A DNA stretch of 64,000 nucleotides from Mobula hypostoma (lineage: Eukaryota), in contig NC_086108.1 in the NCBI RefSeq assembly GCF_963921235.1, forward strand, positions 61,630,001-61,694,000, read 5' to 3'. Made by a program: the position numbers and the translations under genes. A model generated the notes under the pieces. That model did not search any database and was not told where the DNA came from. It worked only from the letters and a program-made list of their open reading frames with translations. Each line of letters starts with the position of its first letter. The stretch's first letter is position 1. Positions 25,975 to 38,219 of this stretch are shown here, in pieces.

Positions 25975-26602
25975 CTTTACTGATCTTAACCAATTTTCAC
26001 CTGCACCCTGTATAACTTTGGAGGATAGCACTGACACAAACTACCAAAACTGAAAAACATTTCCACACCCATCACTGCCAAGCATCTCCTGAATGTGCAT
26101 TAAAACCATTTAAAAATTAAAAGATTAAAGAGAAGGAATAATTATGGCAAATAATGTTTTAGTTAAATGCTAATTACTCAATCAAATAACTGAAATGATT
26201 GAGGTGACAGGATTCAGCAACATAATTGCATACATAATTGTGTCAGTTACTTAATGAGACATGCATACCATGTATAAAATATTAGATCTATAGCCTGAAT
26301 TTCATTGGTCTATTTCAGGACATTTACCAAGATGCTAACATTATAAATAGTACAGTAAGCTACTAATCCAAAAAGGGTACATTGACATTAATGCTATCTC
26401 TGGGAGCTATAATTTTTAAATACCTGCATATAGATATAGAAGTAAATTTGGGAGCCATTTATTGCACACCATCACAAGATCTACCGAACAGACTTAACTA
26501 AATTGTACTGAAAATAAGGGATGAAACTGCAAAACAACTGTTCTGGTTCAGTCTAAAATGATTAACATCGCAACTGTGATGAGTTGAAGTCCATCAGCAA
26601 CT

Positions 26603-26740
26603 CTTTTTTTAATATACAGTACAAAAGTTTATTCACTAACAAAAATACATACAATTATCGGGGGTTCACAAAACTATTTACAATTTCAAATTAAAATGTG
26701 TCGACTATTATCTGCAAAACATTCAAGCCCTTCTGGGGAC
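26603..26740 (-). mobile_element. L1/Tx1-type LINE extreme 3' end
   Basis: Minus strand ..PEGLECFADNSRHILI*, short 3' UTR, AATAAA and oligo(A). Confidence 0.5.
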
Positions 26741-27137
26741 AGTAACTCTGTTTGATACAGTAAAATTACCAGGACCTGAATGAATGGTTGCCTGAATAAT
26801 CTGCACCATTTCACAGTAACTAACACCATACCTGTACCCCCTACAGGAGATGGGCTTTTGCCTATAATTACTTGGCATAGATCATATCAGAGCAGATAGG
26901 TGATTAGACAGGAGATTCTGGGAGATAGTTTGATCGAAGCCATCTCTGTCCAAAAGACCAGGAAGTCACTGTGAGACTTTCCTTTATTATGTGCCTTGGA
27001 GACAGTTCATGGAATATTCACTTGACTGAATCCAAGGATGAGGGTATTTCCCTTTGAAGAAAGATTGCGTAAGGCATGATGAGAGATGATTACATTGAGG
27101 CATTGGTTTTGAAAGGGATTAGGAAGGTAGATGCTGA

Positions 27138-28902
27138 TAAAGCAACACACACAAAATGCTGGGGAACTCAGCAGGGCAGGAAATGAATAGATACTCAACG
27201 TTTGGGCTGAAACCTTTCTTTAGGACTGAGAATGAAAGGGGAAGGTGCCAGAATAAAAAGGTGGAGAGAGGGGGAGGAGGCTAGCTGGAAGGTGAGAGGT
27301 GAAGCCAGACGGGTGGGAAAGGTCAAGGGCTGGAGAAGAAGGAATTAGATAGGAGAGGAGAGTGGACCATATGAGAAAAGGAAGGAGGACAGGACCCAGA
27401 CAGAAGTAATAGGCAGGTGAGAAGAGGTAAAAGGACAGAGTTGGGAATAGAGGAAGGGGGGTGGATGGGGAAATTTGTTTACTGGAAGGGAAAATTGGTA
27501 TTCATGTCATCAGGTTGGAGGCTACCCAGAGGGATATAAAGTGTTGCTCCTCCATCCTGAGGGTGGCCTCATCTTGGCCCAAGAGGAAGCCATGGACTGA
27601 TACTTTGGAACAGAAATGGGAATCAGAATTAAAAAGTTGCGGCTACCCAGAAGTCCTGCTCGTGATGGACAGTGCAAAGGCGCTCGATGAAGCAGTCCCC
27701 CAATTTACGATGACTCTCACCAATGTAAAGGAGGCTGCATCGGGAGCACTAGACCTTGAATTGAGGTGAGGGAATAGGGTTACGGGCTGCTGTAGCGCTT
27801 AGGCTGCTTACAGAGATAAGTGCCATGAGGGAGATAAGTTGGGAGGGATGAATGGAGAAGGGAATCGTGGTGGGAGCAATCCATGTGGAAAGCGGAGGGG
27901 AGGGGGAAGTTAAAGATATGTTTAGTTGTAAGATCCCTTTGGAGATGATGGAAGTTGCAGAGGATTATCTGTTGGACGTGGAGGCTGATGGGGTGGTAGG
28001 TAAGGACATGAGGAACTCCATCACGTTAAGGTGGCGAGAAGGTAGGGTGAGCATGGATATAGGAGATATGGAGGAGGTGTGGGTGAGGGCAGCATCAATA
28101 ATGAAGGGAGGGAAACCCGATTCTTATCCCTGTAAATGTCCTAATTTCTACACCTGCCCATGCACTTCCTCCCTCACCTCCATTCAGGGTGCAGACAGTC
28201 CTTCCAGCTCAGGTAACACTTCACCAGTGAATCTGCTGAGCTCTACTGTTGTGCCTGGTGCTCTCAGTGTGGATTCCTCTACACTGGTGAGACGCGACGT
28301 AAATTGGGAGCCCACTTTGAGAAGCACCTTCGCACCATCCACCACAAGCAGGACTTCCTGGAGGCCAAATATTTTAATTCCCATTCCCATTCCAACATGT
28401 TGGTGCATGGCCTCCTCTTGTGCCGAGATGAGGCCATCCTCATAGCGGAGGAGCAACACCTTATATTGCGTCTAGGTAGCCTCCAACCTGATGGCATGAA
28501 TATTGATTTCTCCTTCCAATAAACATACTACTCCCTTCCTCTATTACCCACTCTGACCTTTTACCACTTCTCACCTGCCTACCACCTCTCCCTGTATCCC
28601 CTCCTCCTTCCCTTTCTCCTATGTTCCACTCTCCTCTCCTATCAGATTACTTCTTCTCCAGCCCCTGACCTTTCTCACCCATTTAGCTTCAAATATCACC
28701 TTCTACCTAGCCTCCTCCCCCTGCCCCCACATTTTTATCTTAGCATCTTCCCCCTTCCTTCTCAATCCTGAAGAAACTTCCTGGTCCAAAACATTGATTA
28801 TCTATTCCTTTCCATGGATGCTGCCTGACCTGCTGAGTTCCTCCAGCATTTTGTGTGTGCTGCTCTGGAATTCCAGCATCTGCAGACTTTCTTGTGTTTA
28901 TG
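27138..28902. mobile_element. Penelope-like element with two inverted GIY-YIG/pLTR halves
   Basis: 27138-~28120 matches the 14805-15997 element on the minus strand; ~28120-28902 matches it on the plus strand (ORF 28304..28522 EEQHLILRLGSLQPDGMNIDF). 9-bp TSD AGATGCTGA (27129-37, 28903-11). Confidence 0.9.
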
Positions 28903-30305
28903 AGATGCTGAGTGAGTTGTTTTTTCTTAGCTGGAGAATCTTGCACCAATGGAAACTGACTCATAAAATAAAAAAGTTTCTTTCTGCTGTGGGTTCTGAA
29001 GCTTTGTAATTCTCTGCCACAAGAACTGCAACTTACAGTCAAGAGTAGATCTAAGTTTCAAATCAAAAGATATTTGGATACTAAAGGAATCAGTGGATCT
29101 GGGAAGTTGATGCGAAAGTGGATTTGAGACAAAGAATCAGCAATGATATCACAGGCAAATCTGGTTTATGAGGTCACATGGCCTACCCTACCATTGTTTA
29201 TATTTCATTGCTTATATTAAGAGTGGTTATGAAGATGCCAGTTAACCGCACCATTTTGGTGCAGCACAAACTCAAACTCCATCACAATGGACAGAATTGC
29301 ATGTATCAAGGCTTGTCATGAATTGCAACTTTTCCATGGTGGGAATCCCGCTGAAAGTCAAGAGTCGATTATGACTGATACACAACAGCCAATTTCTTGC
29401 AACTTGTCAAATTGAGAATATGGTTTATATTGATCCCTGCAATGTTAAGAGTGAAGCACTTGGCAAAAACAATGTATTAGATCCACAAGCGGAAGTAATT
29501 TGGCTCTCCCCTGTTGGAAGTTGTCATTGCCTGGCTTCTGTTTGGCACGAATCCAACTAGTCACTTTTTGATCCAAACTAAACATGGGGTCCAAGCTTTG
29601 CTTGAGGCTGGCTCCATTATTCTCATTTGCCAAGCCATGATACTGTTTTAAATTTCTTCTTAAAGGAACAGAAACGGAAGTTAGCCATTCGGCCCCTTGT
29701 GTCAGCTCTGCTATTCAGTAAGGTTTTACCTCAAAACCATTTTTCTACACTAACCCTTCAATTCCCTTGGTATCCAGCATCTTCTGTTTTGTTTCAGATT
29801 TTCAGCACCTGTAGTATTTTGCTCCAAACAGTAGAGATTTTCAGTGGTTTAAATAATAACATCAAAGATTAGACAAAGTCAAGGAGTTTACTGGTAGAAT
29901 TTTCATTTAATAATGTAAATCTGCTGCCAAAGCAGCATTGACAAGATCATTAAGCAAAATTGCCATGTGCTTTTCCTTCAGAGCAGCAAAGGTAGACCAA
30001 AAATGATTTCCATAGTCCAATGAAATGATTATTTTCTGTACTGTAATTTACAGTAATGTAGAAATCAGGAAATATTTTATGGCATTTTCCACATACTTGC
30101 AGATACATATTAACATATGGTGGACAGAGAACAATTAAGCAAATGCTCCAGATTTATTGAATTCCACATATTGCAGTCTTGAATTAATGTCATGACCTCC
30201 TCAATTTACAGTTCAACAAAAGCTCTTGAGTGTTACCAATTTGAGCTAATTAACTACACAACCACAACTGTGGAAAAACACAATAATTTTGGTAATTGTA
30301 ACAAT

Positions 30306-30480
30306 GGGTGGCTGAGTGGCTCAGAGGGTTAGATTAATACTGCCCTTTCAGCCCTGGAAACTGTTTGGAATCCTGCCCAGAATGATTGGATAAGACTTCC
30401 CTCTCTTACTGCCTTTTAGTTGAAATTTGAATGAAGCAAGCTTGGGTGATGTAAACCCAACTCAGCTTCAGGTTTACATG
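30306..30480 (+). mobile_element. Ancient tRNA-derived SINE head
   Basis: AGTGGCTCAGAGGG (A box) ... CCTTTCA ... TTGGAATCCTGCCCAG (B box-like). Confidence 0.4.
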
Positions 30481-31199
30481 GGTCAATATCATAATGTTCT
30501 GATTGAATTGGCACACATCAAAAGGATATATAGACAGCTGGTGCAGTAATACTTCTACAGTAAACAATATTCTTTTCTGTAGTTTAATTTAGGTTTATTG
30601 TCGAAGTGCAGCAGAGATACTTTCTACACAGGTTGTTTTGTTACTGGCATTAGGTGTCGTTTTCCTCCATCTTACTAATTGCTAAGTAATAAAAACACTT
30701 ACCAATAACAGAAAGTACAAGATAATTTTATATTAATAGATTATAGGAAAAACAGTGATAGGTGGAAAATGGCCCAAAACATCCAGTGAGCTGTCTTTGC
30801 TTGTCACAAGCTTCAGTATTTTAGTCCAAACTCACCTTTTGCTGATCCACCAATGCCAACTTCCCGTAAAGTGCCAAAGCCATTTCGGTAAGTGTGCTTT
30901 TGCACATATCCAAGGCCTTCCAAGTGTCAATCTCTCAAATGGGTAAAGTGGGTTAGAATAAGCCCACAAACAACCCATTATAATCATTGTCAGACAGCTA
31001 CATCATACTATTAAACTATTAAAAGCCTTCAAAAGTATTGAAATGTTTGAAAGAATTAAAACAAAACATATGAACCTGTAACATCTAAATCAACTAAAAC
31101 AATTTTAATAAAGGTAAATAAACGAAAAATTATTTCTACTCTTACAGCACCTTTCTTCATTCATATGAATAGAGATGCATTTTGACAGACTTTGACCCA

Positions 31200-31620
31200 G
31201 CTATCCAAGGCCTCCTTGATTGACAGAAAGAGGCCCAATGAAAGCAAGGGGAATAACACATCATTTTCTATCTGGGCAAACTGCAATATTCCAGGTTCAA
31301 TACTGAATTCTTCAACTTAGAATAACTCGCTTACATTGTCTCTATCAGAACTGGCCATTTCAGATGAAAGTCACCCATTTGTGATTTTAGTTCAGTTTCT
31401 TTCTCCTATAGTACATCCTTCCTTGCTATTAGCAACACCTAAACAAACTTAGACACATATTGATCTTCTAACTGCTCATGAACATATTTGACCAGATTTC
31501 ATCCACCACAGAAATTCCCTTTGCCTAATCATCCTTCCTGCCATCGTCCCTGCAATTTGAAACAACCTTTTATCTCTCTTTCCCAGTTCTGACCAAAAAG
31601 GCTATGACCCAAAACATCAG
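31200..31620 (+). mobile_element. Old PLE 3' fragment
   Basis: E*HIIFYLGKLQYSRFNTEFFN at ~31250-31318 and a decayed hammerhead CAGTTCTGACCA..CCCAAAACATC at ~31585-31618. Confidence 0.55.
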
Positions 31621-34096
31621 ATATTACGTGATATGCAAGTGATATTAAAGTAATGAGATCACCACCAAAATCTAAGAGTGCTCAATTATTGATGTTTGTT
31701 TTTGGCTCATAACTTGTTACTCTGTGTCTTGTCCAAGAGGTACACCTACTTGTTCATAAAACACCGAAAAGGTATTTAATTCTATTTTACAGAAAATGTA
31801 AATGAGTTCAATCCAATAATTTTGATCAGGCACATTAGAATAAACTAATGCTGACTGGCAAGGTTTTTACAGGTTGCTTGTGACTGGGCCTTTTCCCTCC
31901 TCAGAAACAGCAATTTAAACTGGTCAATTAACCTAGCATCCCACAGATACTTAGGCGGTGTGAGGAAGCACACAGGGTCACAGGGAGAATGTGGAAACTC
32001 TATCAGAGGTCAGAACTAAACCTGCATTTCAGAAGTTCTGAACGGTGGTGCCATTGTGCTCCTTACCTCTTTAATTTAAGAGATTGAAACATGAGCAGGT
32101 CCATGCAGGAGCCCACTAAGAAGAATCAAACTGGCACTTTTCTCATTGCTTTGAAGGGATTTTTCCCTTTATAATTGCTCACTTCATGTATCTATATTTT
32201 GTCATTATGTAAGGGCACAATCATCTCATTTTCCTGCTGATTTGAAAATATTCCCTAATGGAATATATAGCATTTCAAGTAATAACAACATGGGAATTCA
32301 TTTTTTTAGTTGAAACTAATTTTTTTCATAATAGTATTCATGTTCATTAGATGAGATTCTGGGATAATTATAAGACAGAGTCTTCAGGGTTTTTGTTAAG
32401 TCTGCAACCAATGAAGGGCAACACAAAAGTAGAATACTAGAATCAGAAAACCTGCCATTCCAGATGCAATTTGGAAGACTACAAAGACTACAAAGATGTG
32501 ATGTCTCAGTTGTGTGATTTTGTGCTTTTATCAGAGTGCAAGATGATCAGAATTTAGATATTTCTTATTTAGTTCACAGAATTAAAAGGAGTTATGATAG
32601 AAGGTTGAAGCATGTTATATTTCCACATTTGCTCCTACTTAAAATTAAATAATTTATTAATTGCATGAAAGTTTTCAGAGTACAGAATTACCTAAATTGA
32701 CCAACAAAAGTGTGCTGTAAAGGCTAAATATTTCATTAGTACAGTTGAAGTGGAATCTCATTGACCTGAAATACTGATGTTAATTTCCTCTCTACAGATG
32801 CTACCTGGCCAACTAAAACACAGGGATTGCTAAAGAGTTTTCATTGTTGAAATACACTTTGTATCAGTGGTTCAACTCAACAAATAGAGTGGGGTTTGAA
32901 AACCAGTTGCTATAGTTTGCTGAATATTAACCAACAACAATATGGGTGGTCTTTGTTTTCATAGGAGTGAAAAGCTCTTCAGGCAATTTCATTGTGGTGC
33001 TCTGTACTGCTATGCCAACCACTTAGTGCTTCTTGAACACAGGCTCCAATTTTAAACTCACCAAGTTAAATCACTCACTCACTAGAAATCCATTAACGGG
33101 GTTGCTTAGGTTTGAAAGCCCAGAATATGAAAGCATTCCTGTGGTTAAATGTTCACCTTGTGTCTGCACAAGGCATTATACAACTTTATCATGGCTTTGT
33201 AGACAACATGAGAATAACTGTCTGTAGCAACTAAACATCACACTCAGAAAATTACTTTAAATATGAAATGCAAGTTTGGTAATGAGTGCTGCTTTATAAT
33301 CAATTTTAGAGGCAGCTTGGCGGAAGTACATAGGACTAAGATGTCTTTAGAAATTTAACACAGAATCACAAAATGGGTGAAAGCACGATGAAGCAAAGAG
33401 CGTGGATGATTGCAATGTTGCCAATGTAGTCCCGAAGACTTATGCTACAGTACAAGCTGTGCCTCTAGCTAAACTGTCCCAGTATAGCTACATTACAGGC
33501 ATCCAAGTGACAATGCACAAAAAGGAGTGCAAGATCAATATGGCTAATTACCATCACTTCAATTTGCTCTCAGTCATCAGCAAAAGCTGTCAGTGACAAT
33601 GCCTTCATTCTAACATTCTCCCTGTGGCATTTGAAAGGTTATCATGACTGAACCATCTAGCACCAGTTCAAATGGAGGTGAGGGAGAGGGGTAGTTTACA
33701 ACTGAGCGGAAACTTAACTGTGCTAGCTGTAGCTATGGGAAGTGGTGAAGGACTGAGTATACGCAATAGCTTTCCATTACTTGTAGAGCTTTGATGGAAT
33801 ATTCTCCACTTCCCTGGTGCAAGTGTTGCTTATCTGCCCTAAACAGAATGCAGGAATAAGCAGCTAACCTATCATTCATCTTCACTGGTGCATGGAGGCT
33901 GCAGTTCATGCTTACATCCTTTTGCATGATCTCAACTTGCCAATGTGTCTTCCACAGAATCTTTCAAATCTGCAGGGTCTTCTACATCAGTGAGCAAGAG
34001 AAACAAGTACATGGAATTTCAGTTTCTTCTTATTGCTGGACAAATACTCAGAACTCTTACAATGGTGTGGAAGCACCGCCTCCAAACATTCGACCA

Positions 34097-34327
34097 TGTG
34101 ATGCACTATCAAATACTCCAAAAGACTGGAAGTAGAGTAAATACTGAAAGGCTTTTATTAACAGTAAATGGACCAACGTCCATGCTGAGTATCTGTCCTG
34201 GACTGAGGGAGGAGCAGTGACACAATCGCCTTTATTCGGAGGTCTGTGGGAGCAGTCAGCAGAGGGGCGTGTCCAGGCATGTCCAGACAGGTAACCTGGT
34301 TACAACCTATATACATGGTTTACCACA
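34097..34327. mobile_element. Short solo LTR
   Basis: TGTG...TACCACA termini with CCA(T) on both sides; TTTATT motifs suggest minus orientation. Confidence 0.55.
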
Positions 34328-35039
34328 CCATGGTTCAGCATCACCCAACTTTTCAAGGGTAAAAAGGATTGGACAACAAACGAAGACCTCATAGCCCATG
34401 AATGAATAAATTAAGAAATGGTAGACAACCCTTCATCAGTCCACTCCTTAAATGATCTTCCCTGAAACATAATTACTCACTTCGCTCTTTTATTGTGCTC
34501 TTTGACTTTAATGGATGACATTATCATCAAAATTCTTGGCTCATATCATGGATAAAGATTGGGTCCTATGCCTTGTTGAACCTTTTTTTATTGCTTTTAA
34601 TGTGTGCAGTAATTTAAACTTATTAGAAGATCACATTAAACTGTATGAACTTCAAGCATTAAAAAGAAATACTGCAAATGATGGAGTTGAAAGTCACCGG
34701 CAATGCAGAATCACCCCCATTTGACAGATTGGATTAAAACATGGTGAATCAACAGGAACCAACTAATGCACAGAATTAGTGAAATAACTTGAATGGTACA
34801 TCAATGTTCAGGAGGAATGTTTGATAGAAGTCACAACTGTAAATTAAGTTCAATGGATTGAACTTTATGTCTCATCTTTCCTGTCCATACAGCCTCACAG
34901 CCATCCTTTCCCAACTATGCTCTCTATTACAAAGCCTATAGTGACGTACAGTATCTATATCACCAGCTACTAGTCCTACTCATCCACATCCATTGCCAAG
35001 CCTCACAGGCACCATGAAATGGAAAAGCTGCCCAGTGAA

Positions 35040-35390
35040 CACTACCTAGGCAGAAACTACTCAGATTGCAGGTGTCGTTCCTCAAAATTGAGCTTAGCCC
35101 CATCTTAGCATTAGAAGAGTCCATGGACTGACATGGCAGAATAGGACTGGGAAGTCAAACTGAAATGGATAGCCACCAGGAGATCTTGCATTTTACAGTG
35201 GGCAGGGTGAAGGTGCTCAATGAAGCTGCCCTCCAATCTATGTTGGGTCTCATCGATGTAGAGGAGGCCATACTGGGAGCACCAGATACAACATTTGACC
35301 CTGACAGACTCATGTTAGAAGTGTTCCCTCACCTTTAAGGACTGGTTGGGGCTCTGAATGATGCTGGAGAGAGAAGGTGCAGGCCATTTA
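35040..35390 (-). mobile_element. Degenerate PLE GIY-YIG fragment
   Basis: Colinear with 15260-15600 (GGTGTCGTTCCTC.., GGGTCTCATCGATGTAGAGGAGGCC.., GGGAGCACC). Confidence 0.8.
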
Positions 35391-35411
35391 TTTCTCTGAC
35401 TTCCAATAATT

Positions 35412-36122
35412 TGTAGCCTCCTGGTAAGCCTCAGGCTCACTCAGCTCGCTTTCGTCTAGGGGGAGCAGCCTTTGGCCCCGCCAAACTGGGTAATCAAGCT
35501 TGTGTGGATGCTGTGTGATGTACCCCACCATGCCAAATAACAGACAGTACACCATATGTGATTAAATGATTACACTTTATAAGTATTTCTTGGTGATGGG
35601 TTAGTAGAAACAAATACAATAAAGGTGTCAAGTCAGTAACTCTATCAGTTCTGTGCACAAATAATTCGTTGGAGCTCTTACAGAACCGGGTCTCCCTTTC
35701 CTCCAGTTGATGTCCTCCGAACTCCGCTGACCCTCGAATGGGACCACCCTCAGTGGTCGGCCAAACGCTCCACATGAGTCTGTCCTCATCTCCTCTCCTT
35801 GCCGAAGACCCTGGGCCTCGGACTCCCGCTCGGGGTCCGTTCCGTCACGCAGCTTACAGCATCGCGTCTCCTCTCTTTGTCCCCATCGCGCCTTCTACCC
35901 GAAGCCCGCGAAAAGAATAGCTTACAGACACACTCGAAAGAATGACATCTATCCCAATTGGTTAGCAAATGAATACAATTCTTGTTATCAGTAACGATAA
36001 CCCAAACAAGCTGCTACCGTTAACTCAGCAGTTAACATTACAGAGAAGCCATTTTATTATAACATAACAAAGAAGCCATTTTATTAGCCTTAGCAGTGAC
36101 ATAAAAGAAGAAACCCCTTTCA
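35412..36122. mobile_element. Solo LTR
   Basis: TGTAG...TTTCA termini, 4-bp TSD AATT (35408-11, 36123-26), CpG-rich interior. Confidence 0.85.
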
Positions 36123-36149
36123 AATTCTTCACCCTTCCCCGCCGCCCCC

Positions 36150-37100
36150 CCCCTCACTTTACTAAACTCCAGCAGAAACAGGCCTAGGTTGTCCAACTTC
36201 TCTGCACATGATAATCAACCAACTCATGTTGTTTGTCTAATACAGCTTTTCTGAATGGCTTCTAATGAAATTAGATCCTTCCATAAATAAGGAGGTCAGT
36301 ATTACACCCAATACTTCGGATGTGGTCTAACCAATGTCTGATACAACCTAAGCAATACTTCTCTCCTTATTTATTCAATTCATGTAGCAAAATAGGACAA
36401 CATTCTTAATTACTTGGAAGACTTGCATATTAGCTTCTCACAAGTCATGCACCAGGACACCCAGGTGCTTCTGAGCCTGCACTGCAATCGTTCACGACAT
36501 GTTATCTATAAAATTAAGGGTAATGTGGAAGGGAAGCATTAGATTGATCTTGAAGTAGGTTAAAAGGTTGGCACAACATCGTGGGCTGAAGGCCCTGTGC
36601 TGTGCTGTATTAAAGTGCAGTATGGTCTTTTAATGTTTGTTATAACGTTGGTGTGGCATCCAAGAGAACTGTTGGAATTCATTCACCTCATGGAAGGCAA
36701 GGCAATTAGTAATTCATATTCTCAAGGATGATTAGGGAAGAGTCAATGCCCGGCAAAACTCCTACCCATGAATGAGTAAATAGATAAGGTCATAAAACCA
36801 CAGGACATAGGAGCAGAATCAAGTCTGCTCCACCATTTGATCATGGCTGATTTATTTTCTCTGTCAATCCCATTCTTCTGCGTTCTCCCTGTAACCTTTA
36901 ATGCCCTTACTAATCAAGAAACTATCAACCCTTGCTTCAAATATCCCCAATGACTAGGCCTCCATAGCCATCTGCGACAATGAATTCCACAGATTCACCA
37001 CTCTCTGTCAAAAGACATTCCTCCTCACCTCTGGTCAAAAGGGACATCCTAAGGCTGTGCCGTCCTTCCAACTATTAGGAACATCCTCTCCATGTCTACT
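36150..37100. mobile_element. Cluster of CR1 3' fragments
   Basis: Minus-strand C-terminal fragment 36170-36480, plus-strand tail 36515-36612, minus-strand 3' end 36790-37100. Confidence 0.7.
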
Positions 37101-38219
37101 GTCAACTGTGTACCTGCTTTATCGGACTCTTATCTAATGTTCTTATCAGAACTTACATCATCAAATAATACCACTGTTGTCTTTCAGTTGATTTTGAAAT
37201 ACTTAGGTTCCCTTGAACATGTTTGTGCTGTATCCAGCTACTAAACACTGCTCTTTTAGTGCATGTGATTTGTTTTGTATTGTATGCTCACTGCAGTTTG
37301 AATTGTAAATGCACTACTTTTTATTGATTACTTAAAAATTTAAAAATTGGACAATAGTACAACAGTCAATTGATTGGTGACAGCTGGGGAATTACTTCAA
37401 AAGGAACAAGTTCACCTGCTGTTCTGTGAGCACACTCTTCTGACTCGTTAATTGTTAACAGCGAACTTAATTCTTTCCATCGGAGATTTCTCAGGCCAAC
37501 ACTCAACCTTTATGCATTAGTGGCATGTATCTTGAATTTTTCTAATCACACACTGCTAAGAGCTGGCCAAAAATTGATTTCTGCTTTGATCTTGAACTCT
37601 TTAAGCTTGTCTTATTTGCTTGAGCGGGACAACTAATGACATAACTAGATTTTGACTGACCTGTATTTACTTATCAAAACCTAAGCTCTCAATAATTCTT
37701 CAATGTCGTTGAAGCATGATTAAATCAAGAAATTTTGATTTTTTTTAGCAATAGGCATAAAATGCTGGAGGAACTCAACAAGTCAAGCAGCATCTATAGA
37801 GGGAAATAAATAGTCAACATTTTGGGCCAAGACAGTTCATCAGGGAGTAGAAGCCAGAATATGAAGGTGGGGAACGGGAAGGAGTATGTTTATATGTATG
37901 ATTGCATGTAATAGTGGGCAACTCGGTGATCTTGCAGGTAGTGGTGACTCTATTTGTCTTATGGTCTTTTGTATCGAGCTGACAAAAAATTAATGAGTAT
38001 ACCCAATGCTGTCTGAGTAATTTTGTTAAATTGCTGGTCCGCGTCTTATGAGAACAAATACACTTCTGCTGTGGTATGGTGGTGTGCAGGGTATATTGAG
38101 TTGTTATATCCACATGTACTGATATGCACAAAAGCTTTTGCTTTGTGTGTAATCCAGACAGTATTATGTTAATATATATTGGATTATATGTACAATATAT
38201 TAACATATTATTAATATAT

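Noticed and set aside
27852..28445. 197-aa ORF as a novel gene
   Set aside because: It spans the junction of two inverted PLE halves, so it is an antisense/sense chimera.
30829..30940. Minus-strand donor AAG|GTGAGT with an open upstream frame
   Set aside because: Weak acceptor and unrecognisable peptide.
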